Program-made: the position numbers and the translations under genes
The notes under the pieces: generated by a model
Told to the model about the DNA's origin: nothing
The model's database searches: none
Seen by the model: the letters and a program-made list of their open reading frames with translations, nothing else
Assembly: GCA_041492755.1 (NCBI GenBank)
Contig: JBGPXN010000058.1
Span: forward strand, 1 to 26,024
Direction of reading: 5' to 3'
DNA length: 26,024 nt
Origin: Candidatus Methylomirabilia bacterium
GTDB lineage: Bacteria > Methylomirabilota > Methylomirabilia > Rokubacteriales > CSP1-6
Shown here: positions 19,100 through 26,017 of the stretch, piece by piece
Position numbering within the stretch: position 1 is the stretch's first letter
How the letters are laid out: the number at the start of each line of letters is the position of its first letter

Positions 19100-19116
19100 A
19101 GCAACCCTCATGCCCA
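19100..19116 (-). promoter_or_regulatory. Sigma54 -24/-12 promoter (putative) for the 26-aa ORF
   Basis: Minus strand TGGGCATGAGGGTTGCT (GG-N10-GC); predicted TSS about 19089, immediately before the RBS. Confidence 0.55.
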
Positions 19117-19265
19117 TCGCGTCGCGGGCCGCAAGCCCGTGAGTTTCCGACGGCCGCGCCGTCGCGGGCGCGCACCCCGCGCCGCGCTCGAGGCAAACCT
19201 CTACCCGATCACGGTAGCTGGCTCCCTCGCCGGCCAACCCCGAATCCGCGTGTTACTCTAGCCGC

Positions 19266-19736
19266 GTGTTCGACATCGGGCTGCAAGAGATGTTGGTCGT
19301 CGGCGTCATCGCCCTCCTCGTGTTCGGTCCGTCCCGCCTTCCCGAGTTGGGCCGCATGGTCGGCCGAGCCATGCGGGAGTTCCGCCGCGCGAGCGACGAA
19401 TTCCGCTCGACCCTCGAGACCAACCTGCACATCAACGATCTCGACCCGGTGATTGCGCCGGCGCCGATGACGCCGTCGGCCGAGCCCGTGGCGGCGACGC
19501 CGTCGCCGTCGGAGGCGGTGCCGGTGGCCACGGACGTGACGAGCGCGGCCGTGGTCGTCGCCGAGAACGGCGAGCCGCTGGTCGCGCAGCGAAATTCCCG
19601 CCTCTTCCATCGCCGCGAGTGCGGCTGGACCAGCCGCATCCCCGAGCTCGAGCGTGTGTATCTCAAGCAGGTCGCCGAAGCGCGCGAGCAGGGGTTCATC
19701 GAATGCCCGGTCTGCGAGCCCTGGGAGCCGGCGTAG
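19266..19736 (+). CDS. tatB: TatB/TatA-family twin-arginine translocase subunit with C-terminal Ada-like Zn-binding domain
   Basis: MFDIGLQEMLVVGVIALLVFGPSRLPELGRMVGRAMREFRR (TM, GP hinge, amphipathic helix). C-terminal SRLFHRREC...EAREQGFIECPVCEP. Confidence 0.88.
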   Translation: MFDIGLQEMLVVGVIALLVFGPSRLPELGRMVGRAMREFRRASDEFRSTLETNLHINDLDPVIAPAPMTPSAEPVAATPSPSEAVPVATDVTSAAVVVAENGEPLVAQRNSRLFHRRECGWTSRIPELERVYLKQVAEAREQGFIECPVCEPWEPA

Positions 19737-19785
19737 CCCCATCACCGATCGGCGCCCGGGCCGGCCACTGGCCGCGATTTTAAGA

Positions 19786-19815
19786 TTGACTTGCTCAACA
19801 CCCGTTGAGTAACGT
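19786..19815 (+). promoter_or_regulatory. lexA sigma70 promoter with overlapping palindromic operator (candidate LexA box)
   Basis: -35 TTGACT (19786-19791), 18 bp, -10 TAACGT (19810-19815). Palindrome TTGCTCAAC-ACCC-GTTGAGTAA (19791-19812, 8/9). Confidence 0.7.
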
Positions 19816-19838
19816 GTCGGCATGGAGGGCAGAGGCCG

Positions 19839-20462
19839 ATGCGAGAGTTGACGGGTCGCCAGCTCGACGTCCTCGCCTTCATGCGCGAGTTCAGCGAGCG
19901 CCACGGCGTTCCACCGACCGTGCGCGAGATCGGATCCCGATTCCGTATCACCCCGCGCGCCGCCTTCGATCATCTTCGCGCGCTTGAGCGCAAGGGCGCG
20001 CTCGTGCGTCGCCTGAGCGCCGGACGCACCTCGCGTGCGCTCCGTCTCCCGGATGCGGGCACCGGCGGCCGCCACCGTCCGGTGCCCATCCTGGGACGCG
20101 TCGCCGCGGGTCAGCCGCTGCTGGCCGAAGAGAACCGGGACGGCGAGGTGCCGATCCTGGCCACCGCGCTTCCGCACGGTGGTGAGGACGTGTTCGCGCT
20201 GCGCGTGCGGGGCGACAGCATGATCGACGCCCACATCTGCGATGGCGACCTCGTCCTCGTCCACAAGCAGGACAGCGCCGAGCTCAACGACGTGATCGTC
20301 GCGCTCGTCGACGACGAGGCGACGGTGAAGCGGTATCAGCGGGACGGCGACCGTGTCGTCCTCAAGCCCGAGCATCCGACCATGCCTCCCATCGTGGTGG
20401 ACCCGAGCAACCAACAGATAAGGATCCTCGGCAAGGTCGTCGGGCTCGTCCGCGGTCTGTAG
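19839..20462 (+). CDS. lexA: SOS repressor LexA
   Basis: LTGRQ, PPTVREI, HLRALERKG wHTH; VAAG cleavage site; GDSM (Ser) and TVKR (Lys) catalytic dyad; GKVVG. Confidence 0.97.
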   Translation: MRELTGRQLDVLAFMREFSERHGVPPTVREIGSRFRITPRAAFDHLRALERKGALVRRLSAGRTSRALRLPDAGTGGRHRPVPILGRVAAGQPLLAEENRDGEVPILATALPHGGEDVFALRVRGDSMIDAHICDGDLVLVHKQDSAELNDVIVALVDDEATVKRYQRDGDRVVLKPEHPTMPPIVVDPSNQQIRILGKVVGLVRGL

Positions 20463-20489
20463 GACTCCCCGGAAAGGAAGACAGGCGAC

Positions 20490-20669
20490 ATGATGCACAC
20501 GGCGACGTACCACCCGCTTTTTCACCACCGGCGCGAGCGCGCCTTTTTTTTGACCCGTGCTACTCGTCAGGTGAAGAGTCCCGAGCTGGTGCGCGAGTTG
20601 GGGCGCGCGGCGGCGGCGCTCGGCGCCCTCGCCGCGTGGAGCGCGCTGGCCGCACTGCTCGTCGCGTGA
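20490..20669 (+). CDS. Putative 59-aa small membrane protein downstream of lexA
   Basis: Manual translation MMHTATYHPLFHHRRERAFFLTRATRQVKSPELVRELGRAAAALGALAAWSALAALLVA*. Purine-rich AAGGAAG upstream; fills the intergenic gap; C-terminal TM helix; just under the track's 60-aa cutoff. Confidence 0.6.
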   Translation: MMHTATYHPLFHHRRERAFFLTRATRQVKSPELVRELGRAAAALGALAAWSALAALLVA

Positions 20670-20691
20670 CCGGGGCCGGCATAATGGCGGC

Positions 20692-21126
20692 ATGGCGCGG
20701 TTCGCGGAACTGGCCGCTCTCTGCCGGACGCTCGCCGGCACGCCGGGTCAGCTCGAGAAGCGCCGGCTCGCCGCGGAGTACCTCGCGGGCCTGCCCCTCG
20801 ACGACGTTCCCAACGCCGTCGCGTTCCCGATCGGACGGCCGTTTCCCGCGTCGGATCCCCGCGCGCTGCACGTGAGCGGATTGCCGGCGGCGCCGGCGCC
20901 CGCGAGTGAGCCGTCGTTGACGCTCGCCGACGTCGCCACCACGTTCGCCGAAGTCGCGGACGCGGCCGGCGCCGGGTCGCGGCGCGGTCGCGCAGAGCGC
21001 TTGACGGCGCTGGTGGCCCAGGCGTCCGAGCCCGAGCGGCAGGCGCTGGCCGGGTACCAAGGGACGAGCATCCTCCGACGAGGGCTGAGGCTCCCGCGGA
21101 GCGGGGCCGGAAGTGTCGTCGTGTAG
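20692..21126 (+). pseudogene. Truncated ATP-dependent DNA ligase (N-terminal DNA-binding domain only)
   Basis: Resembles the LigB-type N-domain (EKRRLAAEYL, GRPFP, LTLADV, GAGSRRGRAERL, ASEPER). Similarity stops near 21050; no KxDG adenylation motif; the tail runs into the next gene's -10 box. Confidence 0.7.
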
Positions 21127-21137
21127 AATGGGCGGCC

Positions 21138-22025
21138 GTGAATACACGGGTCTCGACCGGACTTCCGAAACTGGATGGCATGCTCGGGGGTGGACTGTGG
21201 CCCGGTACGCTCGCCGTCGTCTACGGAGCGACGGGGATCGGGAAGACGCATCTCGGGCTGACCTTCGCGGCGCACGGCCGGGTGGCGGAAGGCGCGCCGG
21301 GGATCGTCTTCGACATGAACGGGCGGGGCGACTCGCAGCAGCACGGCGAGTACGCGGAGCGGTTGTTCGGCTGGCCGCTCCGGACGTGGACCCATGCGGT
21401 TCCGCCCATGACGGAGCCGATGCCCCCCACCGAGGCGATGGAGGCGTTCTACTCCAACGCGTTCCAGTGGGTCGGGCGCACGCGCGACTTCCAGGTGCCC
21501 ACGCCGGACGGCGGGTGGGAATTCGACTGGAACTGGAAGGCGGTGTACAACCACGCGCTCTACACGGTCCGGCCGTTCCTGTACTTCCACTTCGGGGCCG
21601 GTACGCGGCGGGTGGTGGTGGACGGCGTGGAGCCGATGGACTCGCCCGCCGACTCCATCCAGGTCCATCTCTTCCACGACCTGTACCGGAAGGTGATCCA
21701 TCGCGACTCCGACACGCTCGGGATGGAGATCTGCCTGCCCGTGTGGAAATACCGCGACTTCATCGACGCGCACTGCTACGACCACGCCCAGATCACGACG
21801 CTCCTGATGGTGACGACCGAGGAGACGCGCCTGGACGATTTGCTCGCCCGCAAGGTCGCCACCGGGGACGTCGGCGCCACCGCCAACACGATCATCGTCA
21901 TGGGCAGCGAGCGCGTGGGCACGCGGGTGGCCCGCATGCTGTGCGTGGTCAAGCATCGGGGCAGCGCCATGAGCGACGAGATCGCCGAGTACCGCATCAC
22001 GGAGCGCGGGCTGGAAATCCCCTGA
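21138..22025 (+). CDS. Single-domain KaiC/RAD55-like RecA-superfamily ATPase
   Basis: STGLPKLDGMLGGGL, GATGIGKT, RVVVDG, VVKHRGS, YRITERGL. Confidence 0.88.
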   Translation: MNTRVSTGLPKLDGMLGGGLWPGTLAVVYGATGIGKTHLGLTFAAHGRVAEGAPGIVFDMNGRGDSQQHGEYAERLFGWPLRTWTHAVPPMTEPMPPTEAMEAFYSNAFQWVGRTRDFQVPTPDGGWEFDWNWKAVYNHALYTVRPFLYFHFGAGTRRVVVDGVEPMDSPADSIQVHLFHDLYRKVIHRDSDTLGMEICLPVWKYRDFIDAHCYDHAQITTLLMVTTEETRLDDLLARKVATGDVGATANTIIVMGSERVGTRVARMLCVVKHRGSAMSDEIAEYRITERGLEIP

Positions 22026-22066
22026 AGGGAGCCACCGCTCCATCTCCGAGGCGAGCACGGCTCCCT
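22026..22066 (+). terminator. Hairpin immediately after the ATPase stop (terminator or REP-like)
   Basis: AGGGAGCC...GGCTCCCT 8-bp stem with inner GCTC/GAGC; T-run about 12 nt further on. Confidence 0.4.
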
Positions 22067-22105
22067 GACATCCGGAGATTTTTTGACGGTCATCGGCCGG
22101 CCGCG

Positions 22106-22120
22106 TGGCATCGTGCTTGC
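22106..22120 (+). promoter_or_regulatory. Sigma54 -24/-12 promoter
   Basis: TGGCATCGTGCTTGC, near-consensus; predicted TSS about 22132. Confidence 0.75.
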
Positions 22121-22131
22121 GGCTCGTTTCG

Positions 22132-22710
22132 ATGCCGATGCGCGGATCGAGACCTCATCGACTTCACTGGACGCCGCCCGCCGTGGTGGGCGCGCTCGTC
22201 GTGTCTCTCTTGATCGTGGGGCGCGCGCAGGAGCCGGCGTTCGCCCAACGGCAGATCTTCGCACCGCCGGACGGGCCCCGGATCTATGGCAACCCAGTTC
22301 CCGTCCCCGGCGAGATACCCGACCGTGTGCGGACGGCCGGGAGCCTGCGGAGCGTCGTTCGCATTTTCCGTTCAGGATCAGGGGCGCTCATTGCCGAGCT
22401 GTCCCCGAGCACGGAAGGGTCGGCGCTGCCGGCGCCTGTCTGGTCGCCGACGGTCGGCGCCGACGTTCCCCCTGACGAGACCGTGGTGCTCGACATCGCA
22501 GGCGACGGTCTGATCCGCTTCCAGGTGAATCCAGCCGGGGCGCGCCGGCTCATCGATGAAGCCGAGCACGGGCGCCGGGTGCGGCTCGATCCCGGCATGC
22601 TGGGCGACCTGCTCGCGACCGTCGTGAACCACGATGGAACCGTCCAGGCGCGCGTGATCGTCGAGCGCGCCGGCGTCATACGCCTCCTCGCCGACCCGCG
22701 CACCCGCTGA
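22132..22710 (+). CDS. Hypothetical secreted protein with a filamentous-haemagglutinin/TPS-like C-terminal segment
   Basis: Start moved to ATG 22132/22138 because the track start lies inside the sigma54 box. Hydrophobic signal (VVGALVVSLLIVG...AFA/Q); LDIAGDGLIRF...LLATVVNHDGTVQA...AGVIRL. Confidence 0.65.
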   Translation: MPMRGSRPHRLHWTPPAVVGALVVSLLIVGRAQEPAFAQRQIFAPPDGPRIYGNPVPVPGEIPDRVRTAGSLRSVVRIFRSGSGALIAELSPSTEGSALPAPVWSPTVGADVPPDETVVLDIAGDGLIRFQVNPAGARRLIDEAEHGRRVRLDPGMLGDLLATVVNHDGTVQARVIVERAGVIRLLADPRTR

Positions 22711-22772
22711 CCGGCCGCCGCCCGAGGTCGTTCCCGCTTCTCCTCGTCGCCGGCGTTGCGTAGCCTGGACGC

Positions 22773-24212
22773 GTGCGCGAGCTCTCGCTCGACCGGCTAA
22801 GCGCTCCGCAGATCGCGCTGCTCCGGCACCTCGTCGCGGTGGCGGGCCGGCGAGAGCTGGCGCTCGTCGGCGGCGCCGTCCGCGACGCTGTCGCGCGGCG
22901 AAAGCGACCAGTGGTCGACCTGGACGTCGCGATCGGCGGCGGCGCGCTGGAGGTCGGCCGCCGCCTGGCCGAGCGTGCCGGTGGCGCCTTCGTGCCGCTC
23001 GACCCGGAGCGCGGCGCGGCGCGCATCGTGGTCGGCGAGCGGTGGCTCGACCTCGCCGATTTCCGCGCGCCCACGCTGGAAGGGGATCTCGGCGCCCGCG
23101 ACTACACCGTGAACGCGCTCGCCGTGCCGTTGCGTGAGCTGCTCGACCGCGGTCGCGCGGCCATCGTCGACCCCACCGGCGGCGTCCGGGATCTCGCCGC
23201 GCGCCGCCTGCGGCCGCCCCATCCGAGGGTGCTCGCCGACGATCCGCTGCGCGCGCTCCGCGGCGTGCGCCTGGAGCGGACCCTCGGTCTGCGACTCACC
23301 CCCGGCGCCGTGCGCGCGATCCGGGCCGTGGCGCCCGCGCTCGCCGGCGTCTCGGCGGAGCGGGTACGCGACGAGCTCGTCGCGCTGCTCGCCGGCGACG
23401 ATGCGGCCGGTGCGCTCCGGCGACTCGACGCCCTCGGCCTGCTGCGCGTGGTCCTGCCCGAAGTCGAGCCGATGCGGCGCACGACCCAGCCGGCCCCCCA
23501 TCGCTTCTCCGTCCTTGAGCACTCGCTGCGGGCGGTGGCGGGCGCGGACCGGGTCGTCGCCCGGCCCACGGCGTTTCCCGGCTTCGACGAGGCGATCACG
23601 CGGCACGTGGCCGAGTCGCTGGGCGCCGGAATCACACGCCGCGAAGTCCTCAAGCTGGCCGCGCTCCTCCACGACGTGTCCAAGCCCGAGACGCGGCAGC
23701 GTATTTCCGGCCGCATCCGGTTCTTCGAGCACGACGTCCGCGGCGCCGCGCGCGCGCGCGCCATCGGTGAGCGCCTCCGCCTGCCGGCGCGCGCCACCGC
23801 CGTGCTCGAGCGCCTGGTCCGCCACCACCTGCGGCCGATGCATCTCGCCAACGCCGGCGTGGTCACGCCTCGGGCCCGCTACCGCTTCTATCGCGATCTC
23901 GGCAGCGACACCCAGGATCTCGTCATGCTCGCGCTCGTGGACGCCGCCGCCGTGCGCGGCGATTCGCCGGTCACGCTCTGGCGGCGCGCGCGATTGCTTC
24001 GCGACCTGCTGGCCGGTTGGCCCGCGCAGCAGTCGGTGGTGACGGCCCCACCGCTGCTCCGCGGCGAGGACGTGATGCGCCGCTTCGACCTCGGGCCGGG
24101 CCCCGAGATCGGCCGACTGCTGCAGCGCGCCCGAGAGGCCCAAGACCTCGGGCTCGTGGCGACGCCGGAGGAGGCGCTGGCATTTCTTGACTCGTCTTCG
24201 AACGGTCCGTAA
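22773..24212 (+). CDS. Class II tRNA nucleotidyltransferase with HD domain (probably CC-adding type)
   Basis: VGGAVRD..DLD (motif A), DLGARDYTVNA (B), DDPLRALR (D), SAERVRDEL (E), EHS and LLHDVSK (HD), GPGPEIG. Confidence 0.9.
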   Translation: MRELSLDRLSAPQIALLRHLVAVAGRRELALVGGAVRDAVARRKRPVVDLDVAIGGGALEVGRRLAERAGGAFVPLDPERGAARIVVGERWLDLADFRAPTLEGDLGARDYTVNALAVPLRELLDRGRAAIVDPTGGVRDLAARRLRPPHPRVLADDPLRALRGVRLERTLGLRLTPGAVRAIRAVAPALAGVSAERVRDELVALLAGDDAAGALRRLDALGLLRVVLPEVEPMRRTTQPAPHRFSVLEHSLRAVAGADRVVARPTAFPGFDEAITRHVAESLGAGITRREVLKLAALLHDVSKPETRQRISGRIRFFEHDVRGAARARAIGERLRLPARATAVLERLVRHHLRPMHLANAGVVTPRARYRFYRDLGSDTQDLVMLALVDAAAVRGDSPVTLWRRARLLRDLLAGWPAQQSVVTAPPLLRGEDVMRRFDLGPGPEIGRLLQRAREAQDLGLVATPEEALAFLDSSSNGP

Positions 24213-24280
24213 AGTACCGAAGCTACACGAGAGTTCCGTTCCGACCGTTCCACCGATTTGCTCGCATCGGAGGAGGCTCG

Positions 24281-25852
24281 ATGATGACTGGCTGCCGGGT
24301 ACCGGTGTCCCTCCTTTTCATTTGTCTCCTGGCGCTCACCGTCCCCGCGCCGGTGGTGGCGGCGGCGTCCACCGGGAAAATCGTCATCGCGCAAGGCGTC
24401 GATCCGACGACGCTCGACATGATGAACCAGTCGGAGTCGCCCGCCTCCAACGTGGGCCGGCACATCTTCGACTCGCTGGTCGAGCGCGACGAGAACCTCA
24501 AGATCGTGCCCAACCTGGCCGCGGAGCTGCCGAAGCTGGTGGCGCCGACGACCTGGGAAGTCAAGCTCCGCAAGGGCGTCAAGTTCCACAACGGCGAAGA
24601 GTTCACCGCCGACTCCGCGAAGTTCAGCCTCGAGCGGCTCGCGCAAGGGCAGGGCAAGCTGCGCGGCGCCACGTTCTTCGCGCCCATCGACCGCGTCGAG
24701 ATCGTCGATCCCTACACGGTCCGCGTCCACACCAAGAAGCCGTGGCCGACGTTCACGATCGTGATGGCGTTCACCCAGGGCTCGATGTATCCGCCGAAGG
24801 CCTACGCGGACAAGGATTCCACCTTCATCTCGAAGACGCCGATCGGGACCGGTCCGTTCAAGCTCGTCCGGTGGTCGAAGGACGAGGAGATCCTGCTCGA
24901 GGCCAACCCGGGGTACTGGAAGGGCGCGCCGAAGGTCAAGACGATCGTGTTTCGGCCCATCCCGGACGACGCCGTGCGCGTGGCCGCGCTGCAGAACGGC
25001 GAGATCGACCTGGCCGTCAACATCCCGCCGCACCTGGGCGGCATCATCGACAAGCACCCGAAGCTCTTCCTCTCGACCGCGCCCAGCATCCGAACCATCC
25101 AGCTGATGTTCTACACGCACCAGATGGACGCGCAGCACAAACCGACCGGCGTGTACAACGGGCCGACCGCCGACAAGCGCGTGCGCCAGGCCATCACCTA
25201 CGCCATCGACGCCGACGAGATCATCAGGACCGTGCTCGACGGCAAAGGCATCCGCGTGGCCACGATGCTGCCCTCGATGCACTTCGGCTTCGATCCCAAT
25301 CTCAAGCCCATCAAGGCCGACCTCGCCCGGAGCAAGAAGCTGCTGGCCGAGGCCGGTCATCCCAACGGGATCGACATCGTCCTGAACAGTCCGCAGGGTC
25401 GCTACGTGCGCGACAAGGAAGTGGCGGAGGCGGTCAGCGGGCAGCTGACCAAGGCCGGGATCCGGACGACGCTGAAGACCTTCGAGTTCGTGAACTACCT
25501 CAACAACATGGTCTACGTGCACAAGGCGGGGCCGGTGTGGCTGATCGGCTGGGGCACGAACACCATGGACGCCGAGACCGTGTACGTCCCGCTGTTCAAG
25601 GTCCCCGGCATCTTCGTGAACTGGCACAACGAGGACTTCAACCGGATGGCCGACGAGGCGCAGTCGATCATGGACGAGAAGAAGCGCCGCGAGCAGTACC
25701 ACCGGATCAACAAGCTCTGGATCGAGGAGGCGCCGGCGGTGCCGCTCTACCAGCAGGTCGACCTCTACGGCGTCAGCAAGCGCGTGAACTGGAAGGCGCG
25801 CAGCGACGAGGTGATCCAGGCCTACACGATGTCGCTCAAGGACGGGAAGTAA
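24281..25852 (+). CDS. ABC transporter solute-binding protein, family 5 (DppA/OppA-like), orphan
   Basis: Signal peptide, LRKGVKFHNGEEFTA, PIGTGPFK, GEID, DKRVRQAI.YAID; RBS GGAGG; no adjacent permease. Confidence 0.93.
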   Translation: MMTGCRVPVSLLFICLLALTVPAPVVAAASTGKIVIAQGVDPTTLDMMNQSESPASNVGRHIFDSLVERDENLKIVPNLAAELPKLVAPTTWEVKLRKGVKFHNGEEFTADSAKFSLERLAQGQGKLRGATFFAPIDRVEIVDPYTVRVHTKKPWPTFTIVMAFTQGSMYPPKAYADKDSTFISKTPIGTGPFKLVRWSKDEEILLEANPGYWKGAPKVKTIVFRPIPDDAVRVAALQNGEIDLAVNIPPHLGGIIDKHPKLFLSTAPSIRTIQLMFYTHQMDAQHKPTGVYNGPTADKRVRQAITYAIDADEIIRTVLDGKGIRVATMLPSMHFGFDPNLKPIKADLARSKKLLAEAGHPNGIDIVLNSPQGRYVRDKEVAEAVSGQLTKAGIRTTLKTFEFVNYLNNMVYVHKAGPVWLIGWGTNTMDAETVYVPLFKVPGIFVNWHNEDFNRMADEAQSIMDEKKRREQYHRINKLWIEEAPAVPLYQQVDLYGVSKRVNWKARSDEVIQAYTMSLKDGK

Positions 25853-25942
25853 CGACGCAACGAGTCGCATCGAGCGCGGGGTAACACCGGGGACGCGGCA
25901 GGAGTAATCACCGAGCGACAGGAGTACTATGAAGAGCGCCGG

Positions 25943-26017
25943 GCGGCCGTAATTCAGTGGCAGAATGCCAGCTTCCCAAGCTGGACGTCGCCGGTTCGAA
26001 TCCGGTCGGCCGCTCCA
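25943..26017 (+). tRNA. tRNA-Gly (anticodon CCC)
   Basis: Acceptor GCGGCCG/CGGCCGC, D-stem ATTC/GAAT, anticodon arm CCAGC-TTCCCAA-GCTGG (CCC at 25975-25977), T-loop TTCGAAT, discriminator T, encoded CCA; -10-like TACTAT at 25925-25930. Confidence 0.97.

Noticed and set aside
19192..19230. GGCAAACC plus CTACC-N7-GGTAG hairpin as a riboswitch upstream of tatB
   Set aside because: Remaining conserved aptamer elements are missing, and it lies upstream of the predicted tatB -10 box. A 5-bp palindrome is too weak to call.
20530..20551. GC hairpin + T8 as a definitive lexA terminator
   Set aside because: Short stem lying inside a plausible 59-aa ORF. Kept only as an alternative or attenuator hypothesis.
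21138..22025. Calling the ATPase recA, radA or circadian kaiC
   Set aside because: No RecA signature motifs, no RadA Zn-finger or Lon-like domain, single domain only, and no kaiA/kaiB.
17555..25884. Long minus-strand or off-frame ORFs (17555-18910, 19209-20741, 20748-22058, 22797-24143, 23888-25870, 24187-25884)
   Set aside because: They overlap well-supported plus-strand genes and have no recognisable motifs.
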